43,233 nt of DNA from Salpingoeca rosetta (taxonomy: Eukaryota > Protista > Choanoflagellata), in NCBI GenBank assembly GCA_033442325.1, contig JAWQFM010000009.1:795653-838885 (forward strand), read 5' to 3'. Below the pieces are notes generated by a model. The model was given only the letters and a program-made list of their open reading frames with translations. It searched no databases and was not told the origin of the DNA. Each line of letters begins with the position of its first letter. Position 1 is the stretch's first letter. The position numbers and the translations under genes are program-made. Shown here piece by piece: positions 16,565-33,731 of this stretch.

Positions 16565-17282
16565 ACCGCACTACCGTAGTCAACCTCCAACAAAATCTGT
16601 GTGTGTCTGTGTGTGTGTGTCTGTCTGTCTGTCTGTGTGTGTGACTGTTGTGGACAACGATGGCTGTGCTATTGCTCTGCTTGTTGTTGGGTTGTGCCAC
16701 TTGCTTGTGTTCATACACGCCATTTAGCAACACAGTTCGCTCCATGTCTCAGCTTGCACTGCCCCTCTCCCTCCCTCCCTCTCCCTCTTGCACAAGCACA
16801 TTTTTCCGTGTGCGCGTGCCTGTTTGTGTGAGTGTGGGGACTGCTTTAATCACATAAACAACCCGCCATGCGCGTGCGTGCGTGTGTGCGTGCGTGTGTG
16901 CGGGACGCGCCAGACTGGATGCTGCCCATCATGTGATGTGGACAACATGACATGCAAGCACGCAAGCCTTTGCACAGCTGCACAGACACAGGCACAGCAT
17001 TGCGGTGAGGAGAAAAGCCCCTCGGGACTGTGAACCAAACAACCGATCACATGCACACATATGGCAAGCACAAAAAAAAAAAGAGGTTTAACTCAAGGAG
17101 AGAGAATGGTAGTAAGGCAGCGACAAACGGGGGGAGAGGGGGGGGAAGCAGAGTACAGGAACGAGCAAACAGCATGTTCGTAAACCGACACACAGCTGGG
17201 CTGAGACGACAAAGAGCAACGGTACACGAGATGCATCACATTGAGACACACGAAGGCGGGAACACGGACACAGACGCAGTGC

Positions 17283-17351
17283 TCATTCCTCCTCGTCATC
17301 GCCCTGTACACGAGAACAGAGAGCAGTGGACCGTACACAGGCGTGAGTGCG

Positions 17352-17436
<85 letters not shown>

Positions 17437-17526
17437 ATGCGGTGGAGGGCTTGGTGTCCACGTGTGTCCATGTGTATCTCAGTGTGTTTGTGTGCGACTG
17501 CGTGGGTCAGTGCATGTGCCTGCTGA

Positions 17527-17586
<60 letters not shown>

Positions 17587-19124
17587 CTCTTCATGGCGTG
17601 CTGTGGTACATACCAGGATGCAAGCCTCAAAGTCCTCGAAGCTCACCTAGAAGACAGACAAAATGCACGTGCGAGCGAATGAATGAGCGATTGGAAAAAC
17701 GACAGGACCATGAACACACGAACGGGGTGAACGCACACCGCTGTCATGCATGTGCATGCACGCGTCTGCTTGTGCCGCCACTTACAGCGCCGTTGCCAGA
17801 CTTGTCAATGGTCTTGATCATCTCATCAAGGTCCTGCGACGAAGAAACACGGCGAAAGCATGTGTGAGACGTCAACCGCAAGCCCAAACTCAACAGACAA
17901 CCACAATAGACAAGCTCAACAGCGACAGCGACGACCACTGTCGTGAAACTGCCACACTACAGTCACAAAACGCCTTCGCCCGCCGTCCTTTCAGGTGCAC
18001 TTGAAACCAAGTGACAAAACAAAAATGGCAGGCCAGTCCCGTGCAATGGTTGGATTACCTTCTCCTCGTACTTCTCGCCCAGCCTGTCCATCATAACCTT
18101 GAGCTCTGCCCGTGAGATTTGACCACTGAGAATGACAGCACACAAGCAAACGACGACGTAACACAAAAGGATGGAGGTTGTGAGTGGTGGGACGTGGCTG
18201 CTTGACGAAAATTGCTGTTGTTGGGTGCGGGAACGTGACGGACAATGAATGCACGCACGCGCCGCACATGCAACGACAGAGCACTCGTTCTTCTTGAGGT
18301 TCAGGGTGCGTTGAATGGACGCTGTCGGCACGCACCTTCCGCTCGAGTTGAAGATGCTGAAGGTCTCCTTGACCTCGCGTGCTGTGTCAGTGCCGTGCTT
18401 GGACATCATCTTCATGAACTCGGCAAAGTCGACAGCGTTCTTGCCTGTTGTGTGTGTGCGTGTGGGGGGGGGGAGGGCGAGCATCATGTGAATGTGTGGG
18501 TGACTGGCTGTTTTCATGGGTGACTGGCTGTTTTCATGTGGAAGGGTCTCATTTGCAGGTCATATGTGTGTGTGTGTGTGTGTGTTGTGTACCTGAGCCG
18601 TCGACCTCTGTGATCATGTTCTTCAGCTCATCGTCAGATGGGTCAAGACCAACAGCACTGTTGGGTAGTTTGGGTGTTAATTGTTGGTGTTGTTGGTGTT
18701 GTTGGTGTAGTTGGTGTTGTTGGTGTTGTTGGGTGTTGTTGGCCATAACAGAGGTGAGCCAGTTGTGAAGCGTAGAGTAGCCCACACACAGGATGAAAGT
18801 AGCGAACCACACACACACACGCACACACACCCCACAACGCACACACACACGTAGGCATAGGCGCATGTGGCTCACGACGCGGGCAACGAACCAAACGAAC
18901 CAATAAACACACACAACTCACAATTCAACACAAAAACTCAACCCACAACTCCACACACACACAACGCAACACACAACACACAACTCAACACACAACTCAA
19001 CACACACAAACACGCACCGCATGACGCGGCCGAGGCTCTCGACGTCGATGACAGACTGGTTCTTGTGGTCAAAGAGGGCAAAGGCCTCCTTGAAGTTCTC
19101 GACCATCTGCATGGAGTACGCCAT
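17283..19124 (-). CDS. Divergent calmodulin-like four-EF-hand protein (7 exons)
   Basis: [36 protein letters not shown]|[21 protein letters not shown]|[14 protein letters not shown]...[11 protein letters not shown]|[22 protein letters not shown]|[16 protein letters not shown]|[11 protein letters not shown]|GDDEEE*. Confidence 0.9.
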
Positions 19125-19414
19125 CGCTGGTTTTTTGTGTGTGTGTGTGTGTGGAGGGGGGTTGTGATGGAAGGAAGGACGTCAACGCGAGCGAGGTGGG
19201 GGTGGATATGCGTTGTTGGTTGGTGGGCGGTGGTTTGAGCAGTGCTGCCGCTGCTGAGCTGTGCGGAGACAGAGAGGAACGAAGCCGGCCGAAACAAAAA
19301 AAAAAAACACAAACAGTGCTGTGGTGCCGATTTTTTGTTGAAGGTTTGTCTGAATTTTCGATTCGAGTAAAAAATTGTGGATGAAACACCATAAATTAAC
19401 CAGAAGAGAGGGTT

Positions 19415-19420
19415 TATAAA
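19415..19420 (+). promoter_or_regulatory. TATA box of the U6 gene
   Basis: TATAAA ~28 nt upstream of the predicted U6 +1 G (19443), the typical Pol III TATA position. Confidence 0.7.
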
Positions 19421-19513
19421 GGCCAATGTAACAAACGCTAGCGTCCCCCCTTCGGGGGTGGACTCATACTAAAATTGGACAGATACAGAGAAGATTAGCA
19501 TGGCCCCTGCGCA

Positions 19514-19578
19514 ACAAAAGCTGAAAGTGTCTGGTTCGATGCCCCCTCGAGCTAGTTACTTGCAGACTTTGCCGCATG
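19514..19578 (+). other. 65-nt hairpin insertion in the U6 ISL; candidate tRNA-type (BHB/BHL) intron
   Basis: Ends ACAA...CATG, not GT-AG. Helix TGCG(19508-11)/CGCA(19573-76) with 3-nt bulges CAA and TGA. Removal restores CCCCTGCGCAAGGATGAC. Confidence 0.75.
19533..19543 (+). promoter_or_regulatory. Pol III B-box inside the U6 insertion
   Basis: GGTTCGATGCC matches the consensus GGTTCGANNCC. Confidence 0.7.
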
Positions 19579-19616
19579 AGGATGACACGCGAAACCCTGT
19601 GAAGCGTATGTTCAAC

Positions 19617-19630
19617 TTTTTTTTTTTTTT
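19617..19630 (+). terminator. Pol III oligo-T terminator of U6
   Basis: T14 run immediately after the U6 3' stem. Confidence 0.85.
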
Positions 19631-19869
19631 GTGGTTTTGCTGTGTCGTGTGTGGTTGTTGTGTGTCTTTGTGCGTGTGTGTGTGTGTGGGTGCATGCTTA
19701 CAGCGTTTGTACCTGCTCTCAGGCTCTCTTCCTTCCTTGTTTTTTTTGTTTGTGTAATTTAACCACTGCGTTAGTGCGTTCATGCGTGTATTCGTGTATG
19801 AAGCTATCAGAGCTATCAGAGTATCAACTCACAAGACCCACACGACCCAGCGGGCGGGGGGGGGGGTAA

Positions 19870-25475
<5,606 letters not shown>

Positions 25476-25697
25476 GCACGCGTTGTGTTCGTGGTGTTTG
25501 GTGGCGTGGTCCTGCTTGTTGAGGGGCGCAACAACACGTTCGGACGTCAATTTTGCCTCTGTGACAAAGTCAATTTTCACTTTGAACACACAAGATGCGC
25601 CCAGCTCAACAAGCCACGGTGAGAGGGGACACACGAGCAACAAAGTGATGATGGCAGACGATGTGATGAGCAGCGTGGCTGCAATCGATGGAAAGCA

Positions 25698-25740
<43 letters not shown>

Positions 25741-25742
25741 TC

Positions 25743-25777
<35 letters not shown>

Positions 25778-26003
25778 TGAGGTCTCAAGGGTTCGCTGCC
25801 GCGTGACACAACGAAGCACAGCTCAAGTGTCATGAGCATCACACGCACACGACCACATCACATCACACACACAAACACATCACACACGCCCACACTCACA
25901 CTCACACTTACACGCGCACACTCACCCTCACACTTACACGCGCACACTCACCCTCACATGAACACACACACACACATGCACACACACACACACATGCACA
26001 TGG

Positions 26004-26499
26004 ATGCAGACGTTTGCGTTTGGGGCGGCCATGATGGCCCTCCTCATGTGGTTGTTGCGCCGCAGACAACAACAGAAGAAGGTGCTCACCACGGGCGCCT
26101 CGTCCAGCGGCAGTGAAGGCACAGATCAGGCCGGCCAGGCCGGCGACGGACAGCGTGATGCCGCCGTGGAGGGCCTGTATGCCGTGTGCACCAGGATCGA
26201 AACAGCGCTCGTCTCCGCAACGCGTAAGCCCCACCAATGTCCTCCCAGCCACAAACGAACAAGCCTCTCGCCAGCTTCTCCTGTGTTTCTGTTCTGTTTC
26301 CAACGTGTATGCACGGTGTTGTTGAGCAAGCTGTTGTACTGCAATGACACCCACCCACTTGTTCACACACACGCACACTCTCTGTTTGTCTGTCTGTCTC
26401 TGTCTCTGTCCCTGTCTCACACACTCACTCACTCACACTCACTCACTCACACACACACGCTCGCACACACACACGCTCACGCTCACACACACGCTCACG

Positions 26500-26584
<85 letters not shown>

Positions 26585-27982
26585 AGGGAGCGGGGATGCG
26601 CGACGCATGCGGCGTTTGAGGCGCGTGCTGCGCAGGGTGTACGATGCACTGGAGACATTCGAGGGTGCAGACGGCATGGCCGGCCAGCGGGGAGGCGCCG
26701 TATCCCTGGGCCAGTTCCGCTTGGCCCAACTCGACCGCCTGTGCGAGGCCGGCACAGATGACACGGGCACCACGCCCGAGCACACCCACGCGCGGGCACG
26801 GCAGGGCAAGGCCCGGTGGCCTGGCGACGGTGGCGATGATGATGATGACGACGACGACGACGACGACGGTCGATACGACAGCGATGCAGATGCATTTGGT
26901 AGTGGTTACGACGACGAATATGCGGCGTCCGATGCGTCGTTTCAGTCTGCGCGCTCGACGATGAGCGCGTTTGAGGACAACGATGACGAGGATGACGCAA
27001 GCCGCGCGGGCGACATGATCTCATCAACACAACAGCAGCAGCAGCTGGAGGATGATGATGGCGAGCACGGCCGCCATCGCCATCGCCATCGCCGGCACCG
27101 CCACCACAGCCACCATAGCCACCATCGCCGCGTGCACCACCGCTCCAAGTCGCGCAAACGCCCGGGCCGCAAGCAGGCCGCAGCAGCAGCGGTGGCACGC
27201 AAGGAGACAGCAGAAGCAGGCGAAGCAGCGGGGGAGCCCACACGTGTCCCGCGCAGTGCAGAGGCGAAGCAAGCGGAGAAGAAAGAGGAGGAGGTAGAGG
27301 AGGAGGAAGGTGGCGTGAGCGTGTATGAGGAGGCGCTTGCCTTGGCGCAGCAAGGCGACGTGCCGTGTCGCGTGGAGCGCACGGAGGAGACCGGGTGTGC
27401 AGACAGGACAGACTTTCTCACGCGCCTGCACTGCGTGCGGGAGGCGTCTGACTTGATGATGGGCGACAAGGAGTTTCGTGTGTGGTTCACGCGCTTTGGG
27501 CGGGACCTCCTCGGCTCCTTGGTGGAGAAGGGCGGCGGAAATCTCAACACCTTCCACACCGCCTACGACAACATGATGTCCTTCCTCGACCAAGTCTCAC
27601 AGGAAGGTGTGCATGTGTGTGTTTGTGTGTTTGTGTATGCATGTGTGCATGTGTGCATGTGTGCACGTGTATGTGTGTGTTTGTGTGTGTATGTGTGTGT
27701 GCATGTGCACGTGTATGTGTGTGTTTGTGGGTGTGAATTTGTGCATGTGTGCATGTGGGTGTGAATGTGTGCATGTGGGTGTGGGTGACATTAATATGCG
27801 ATCATGTGTGCAGTTTTATTATGACATCCCTTGCTCACCCCTCAAGCACGATGCCATGTACCAGGGCGCACGTCGTCGCTGCTGGACGAGCTGAAGCCGC
27901 GCGGTGTTGTTCGCCTCTCCCTCTTTGACGCCGTCGTCGACATCATCCTCCTCGACGCCTTTGACGACATGAAGGTAGCTGC

Positions 27983-28054
<72 letters not shown>

Positions 28055-29490
28055 TGTTGTGCATGTGCTGTACTGGAGTTATGCATGTGCGTGTGTGTAG
28101 TTGTGTGTTGTGCTGTGTACGCGTGTAGTTGTGTGTTGTGCTGTGTACGCGTGTAGTTGTGTGTTGTGCTGTGTACGCGTATTCTTCCTCCGTCCCCTTC
28201 TCTCCTTCTCCCCTTCTCTCCTTCTCCCCTTCTCTCCTTCTCCCTTTGTCCCTTTGTCTCTTCCTGCTGCCTTTGTCTCTTTCTCCTGTTCTCCCCATGT
28301 CCATTTGTTCATTCATCCCCTTCACCCACTCACATTCAATCCCGACACTCATGCTTCAACGTTCTCCGCTCGTGGTTTTGCAGAATCTGCCAGGCACAGT
28401 GACCTCTGTCCTGCAAAACTCCTGGATTCCAACCAGCGTCAAGCAGAACGTACGCCACATGTATACATGCAGCGCACATGCAGTGCGTCTGGAGGGCGTC
28501 TTGTTTCCAGCTGACACTCATGACGCTGACTCCCCCCCCCTGCTGCTCACCAACTCCCACTCACACACTCACACACGCTCTCTTTGCATTTGCTCTCCTC
28601 CTCCCCTCTCCCCTCTCCCCTCTCCCCTCTCCCCTCTCCCCTATAACAGACACTGAACACAGCCATCTGGTCCGTCATCAGCGCCAAGGAGCGCACGTCG
28701 CCACCCGACGGCCTCCTCAAGAGGTGCGTGTGTGTACGAGTGTGTAGATGTTTATGCGTGTGTATGTGTGTGTCTGTGTGTGTCTGCACGTGTGTCTGCA
28801 CGTGTCTGACTACCTCAATCTCACACATCCGCCGCCTTGTCTGTCTGTCTGTCTCTCCCTGCATCTCCCTCAAACACACACACACACAACCGTGCGCACC
28901 CGCAGGTTGTACAGCATCTTCAAGGTTCTCAGCCCTGTATTGGCGTGCGGTTTGATGGGCTGCTCGTCACAACCACGGTTCAAAGAGCTTTGCGAAGACT
29001 TCAAGGTGTGTGTTGTGTGTGTGTGTGTGTTATGCGTGTGTTGTGTGTGTTATGCGTGTGTTATGTGTGTGTGTTATGCGTGTGATGACTTTCGCACAAC
29101 CCTCGTTGCCTCACGCTCTCACCTTCTCACGCTCGCCCAACACACTCCCATATACCCACACACACACACACACATACACACACATACACACACATACACA
29201 CATACACACATACACACACATACACACATACACACATACACACATATACACACACTCCCACTCCCACACACAATCCCCCTCCCCCCCCCCACACACACAC
29301 ACACGTTCCCACTCACACACAATCCCCCATCCCCCAATGCTCGCAGGCGTTTGTTGAGAAAGGGACGCGTGACTGGTTCCAGTTTGACAAGGACAAGTAC
29401 ACGTCCCACGCTGCCCTTGCCGAAGACATGAAGCACTTGTGGTACCGCAAGGCCGACGAAGCAAAGCAGATTGTCGCAAAGTACCAGTGA
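26004..29490 (+). CDS. MIGA: Mitoguardin (MIGA/FAM73) homologue
   Basis: N-terminal TM anchor; [37 protein letters not shown]; [28 protein letters not shown]; [14 protein letters not shown]; [10 protein letters not shown]; LSPVLACG; [18 protein letters not shown]. These match recalled MIGA1/2 C-terminal domain motifs. TGA at 29488-29490. Confidence 0.9.
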
Positions 29491-30175
29491 GGAGGCATCG
29501 GCAACAACGGAACTACAGTCACAGCGCAAGCAAGCAAAGAAGCAAGCCAGCCAGCACAGCAAGGCCGATTGATTGTCGTTGGTTGGTTGGTTGGTTGCGG
29601 TTCTTGTGGCACTTTCCTTTGCTTCTTTCTTTTTTTCGCCATTCCTTCGTGTGCCTTCTTTTGGTTGCAGTTTGCGCTTACTGTGTTGCCAATTGCACCC
29701 AGGACGTGCCTTTTTGTAGAAGGTATGCATCTATTTTCAGCATGCGTTTCTGGAGGCGTTTCTGGTGGTGGATATGTGCCTTGGTCAGCTTTTCCTCGTG
29801 GTTGTGTGCGAGTTGTAGGAATCCTGACGTGGCCAGCAACCGCTCCTCCGATTATTCATAAAAGACATCCACAATGCTTCCAGCCCAACCTTGCATCGGA
29901 ATTTTGTGAGTGTTGTGCGGGAACATCGTTGGTTGCCTCACCAAAACAACAAACAAACCAAACAGCCAAAGCCAAGAAAAAGAAGCAAAGAAGCAAGCGC
30001 CAGCGAGCAAGGCAGCGAAAGTGGGAGAGAAAAACTGAGAGCGCAGCAAAGGTAAGCATTCATCTTCCAAACACAAACAGTTCACTGCCGCACAAAGAAA
30101 CCGTCGCCGACCCCCAGCTCTCTCTTCCACAGAACAACTACAGGTGAGATACATGCACGGGATGGCGGTGGGTGA

Positions 30176-30724
<549 letters not shown>

Positions 30725-31403
30725 GCCGGCTGGCGCCGCTCCTTGTTTGCTGTTCTTTTTTGAATCTCGTCTCGTCTTGTGTCGCCATGTCTGTTGTTCC
30801 CCCTTCCTCCCGTGTAATTGTGTTATCGTGCTGGGTGTGTGAGTGACGCAAACTCGACTTTGTTTGCCGCTCTTCGCCTGTCTTTCCCCTCTTTCCTTTG
30901 CCCTCTCGAGTGCGTTGCTGGTTCTATATCTGTTGTGGTGTGTGCTTGTGTGCGTGTTGTTTCGCGTATGGCACTTGTGTGTTGACCGCATAAACTCGGA
31001 ACATGCGTGCCTTTCCCACGATTGTCTTAGTGTCGCTTCATGCACTCTTAACAAAGGCTCCTCAACAACCAAAAACACAAAGGCAACCTCCCCCCCCTCT
31101 CCTTTTTTTTTTTCTTTTTGTTCGTTTCTACTGCTGTGGACGCGGGTTGCGCCGCGCGCGTGTGAGACGTGGGAGCTGACACGCCTCTGTTTCTCTCCCT
31201 GTTTTCATCCAGCGCTTGCTAGACTCCGTGCATGGCAATTAAAGCATAGAAACATAGTTGATGGTCATGTGGAAATCACTCACATCAATTAAGGATGGAT
31301 GGGGAGTTTGTGCACGCTGGCTGGTGGTGGTTGTGTCTTTGTTGTCATGGTCAGTTTACTTTGAATTGGTTGCTGAACAAAGTGGTGGTGTGGTGTGGTG
31401 AGA

Positions 31404-31485
<82 letters not shown>

Positions 31486-31609
31486 CTAAGGACATTTCGC
31501 ACAGTAACTGTGCATGCGTGCATAGGCATAGGAATGAGAACGAGTGCGCAGAGGAAGAAAAACGACTGCGCAGAAGCATCACAATACCAACAACAACACC
31601 AATAGGAGC

Positions 31610-31676
<67 letters not shown>

Positions 31677-31677
31677 C
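31610..31677. repeat. (AAC)n trinucleotide microsatellite
   Basis: About 22 perfect AAC units. Confidence 0.95.
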
Positions 31678-32055
31678 CGCCTGATGTTATGTTAGACACA
31701 GCACGCTAGAGGAACGACTTTGGCAATAAGGTGATACAAACACGGGCAAAAAAACACAACCACATGGGGCAGTTAGTGTAGGACGAGTGCATGCTACAAT
31801 ACAAACTTGGTGACCACGTCTCTGAGCTTGATTTGTGTCTTGTTTGGTAAGGCTTGAGAACGCAGTGGCTAATGCGCGCTGCAAGTGAATAAGTAAAGAG
31901 GGAGGAGAAGAGGAAGGTGACGCCAGGGGCGGGGGGTGGTCAAAGAGGGGCCCATTAGTAGTCGTAACAAAGGGGTCGGAAACTGCCCTACGAGTTGTGC
32001 CATCATAATTATGGTGGATGGGTGTTGGGGGAGGGGGTAGGGGGTTCTGCCGTTG

Positions 32056-32156
32056 ATGGTGGTGGTGATGATGATGGCGGTAGTAATGGTGGTAGTGATG
32101 GTGGTAGTGATGGTGGTAGTGATGGTGGTAGTGATGGTGGTAGTGATGGTGGTGGA
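32056..32156. repeat. GGT/GAT-rich tandem repeat (12-mer GGTGGTAGTGAT)
   Basis: Direct tandem copies, probably in the 3' UTR of the minus-strand gene. Confidence 0.8.
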
Positions 32157-32216
32157 TACCGAAACAGACGTACTGCTGCTATGAGTTGGTCTTGGAAGCT
32201 TGACAGCACATGCCCA

Positions 32217-33376
32217 TCAGGCGGGCTTGGCGTGCTGCTGTTGCATCCGCTCATAAAACTCTTCCAGGCGCCTGCATGGCAAAGGGAAACCAACATGATG
32301 GGCGAGAGGGGGAGAAAGAGAGGGGAGAGGGTAGAGGAAAGGTTGAAAATGGAGCAAGAGGGAAGGGGTTCGCACGTGCGAGTGCTCACAGGCGAGGAGG
32401 GCAGGCAGACGGGCAGGCAGAGTGGGCGGAAGACCGACCAACGAACCGACAGACAGACAGGCAGACAGATAGGGAGACAACCGGGGAGACAGACAGGCAG
32501 GGAGACAGACAGGCAGGCAGGCACACACACGCACACACAAACAAGCAACACACACACACACACACACACACACAAAACCACACAGCAAACAAACAATACA
32601 CACACACACACACACACACAAAACCACACAGCAAACAAACAATACACACACAACCACACAGCAAACAAGCAAAACACACACACACACACACACCTGTTGC
32701 GGGAGCGGTGCAGGTGCATCTCGTTCTGGTCGCCGGCGGCAGCATTGTCGTTGCTGACGCCGAGGATGCTGCTGTTGCGCGCCACCTCGAGCTGCGGTTC
32801 CGTAAACTGCGCACCCGAGCGCAGGAACGCGTGGTTCACAATGGTCGGGGGCAGGTGCAGGCCAGCCGGGTCGCGCACAAGCACGCTGCCTTCCAGGGTG
32901 CTGCTCGTCTTAGGTACACGCCCGATACCGGAGGTGCTGGTGGCAGCAGCGGTGGTGGCGGTGAGTGCCGACGACGACGAGGAGGGGAAAGGGGTGGAGC
33001 AGGAGACAGTGCTGCGCAGGTTGAGCGCATGCATTGCCGCTGTGGCTGTTGGCACTGGCCGGCTGGCGGCCATGTCGGCGCTGCCGTTTGATGCAAAGAA
33101 GCGCTGCTGCTGCTGCTGCTGCTGCTGCTCCTTCTGCTCCTGGTGGTGGTGATAATGCCGCTGCTGATGGTGGCGATGCTGTTCCTCCTGCTTCTGCTGC
33201 AGTTGTTTTTGCTGCACGGCGGAGGGAGCTGCGCATGTGTGCGTTGAGTTTGCGCGAGGGCGGGAGGAGGCCTGTGCCACGGCCTGCAGCGTCATCTCAT
33301 GAAAGTCACGCAGCCGTTCCGATGTTGTTCGTGGCCGTCGCTGCACCTCTCCCGTACCCAACCGGCTCACATCAGG

Positions 33377-33443
<67 letters not shown>

Positions 33444-33731
33444 AGTGAGGGGAGTTGGGGGATCGCACAGCGAAACGCTAAGCGTACAAACAACGCCAAC
33501 GCTACAACAAAAGCACAGAGAAGAATTACACATCAAACAAGAACCAACACCAGAACACAGACACAGACACACCACAGACACACACACACACACACCAAAT
33601 TGAAAGCCGCTGCGAAGCATTTGGAGGTTGATGGGCATGCTGGTGGTTGCCGATGAAGAAACGACGGTGTACACGGGCAAGCGGTGTGCGTTGCGATACT
33701 CCAGCGGCTTTGTGCTCTCGTCGTCCCCCAT
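32217..33731 (-). CDS. Hypothetical protein with two copies of an unrecognised motif separated by a polyQ/Ser-Thr linker (3 exons)
   Basis: Exons 33731-33596, ~33378-32694 and ~32271-32217 splice in frame: ...INLQMLRSGFQF|EPDVSR...RLRDFHEM and ...VNHAFLRSGAQFTEPQLE...RN|RRLEEFYERM..PA*. Confidence 0.65.

Larger units (their letters stand above)
19443..19621 (+). ncRNA. RNU6: U6 spliceosomal snRNA, interrupted (exon 1 19443-19513; insertion 19514-19578; exon 2 19579-~19621)
   Basis: 5' UUCG stem-loop (GTCCCCCC TTCG GGGGTGGAC), then ATACTAAAATTGG..GATACAGAGAAGATTAGCATGGCCCCTGCGCA containing the ACAGAGA box and AGC triad. After 65 nt comes AGGATGACACGC..GTGAAGCGT and a T-tract. Confidence 0.97.

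Noticed and set aside
18498-18538. 20-bp tandem duplication GGGTGACTGGCTGTTTTCAT in a calmodulin-like intron
   Set aside because: Two adjacent copies with no spacer; simple slippage, not a CRISPR-like array.
19527-19565. GT...AG segment (GTGTCT...TTGCAG, 39 nt) inside the U6 insertion as a spliceosomal intron
   Set aside because: Removing it would leave 26 extra nt in the ISL and would not restore U6; BHB-type cuts restore it exactly.
19500-19757. 85-aa ORF MAPAQQKLK... overlapping U6
   Set aside because: It overlaps the U6 gene and runs through its T-terminator into repeats; it has no protein features.
31855-31895. CGCAGTGGCTAATGCG, resembling a tRNA D-arm/A-box
   Set aside because: No anticodon arm, T-arm/B-box or acceptor stem follows.
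31960-31975. AGTCGTAACAA, resembling the SSU rRNA 3' end
   Set aside because: Only an 11-nt match; the flanks do not resemble rRNA.
31767-31988. 8-bp inverted repeat GGGCAGTT/AACTGCCC as possible MITE ends
   Set aside because: Too short and no target-site duplication; plausible by chance.
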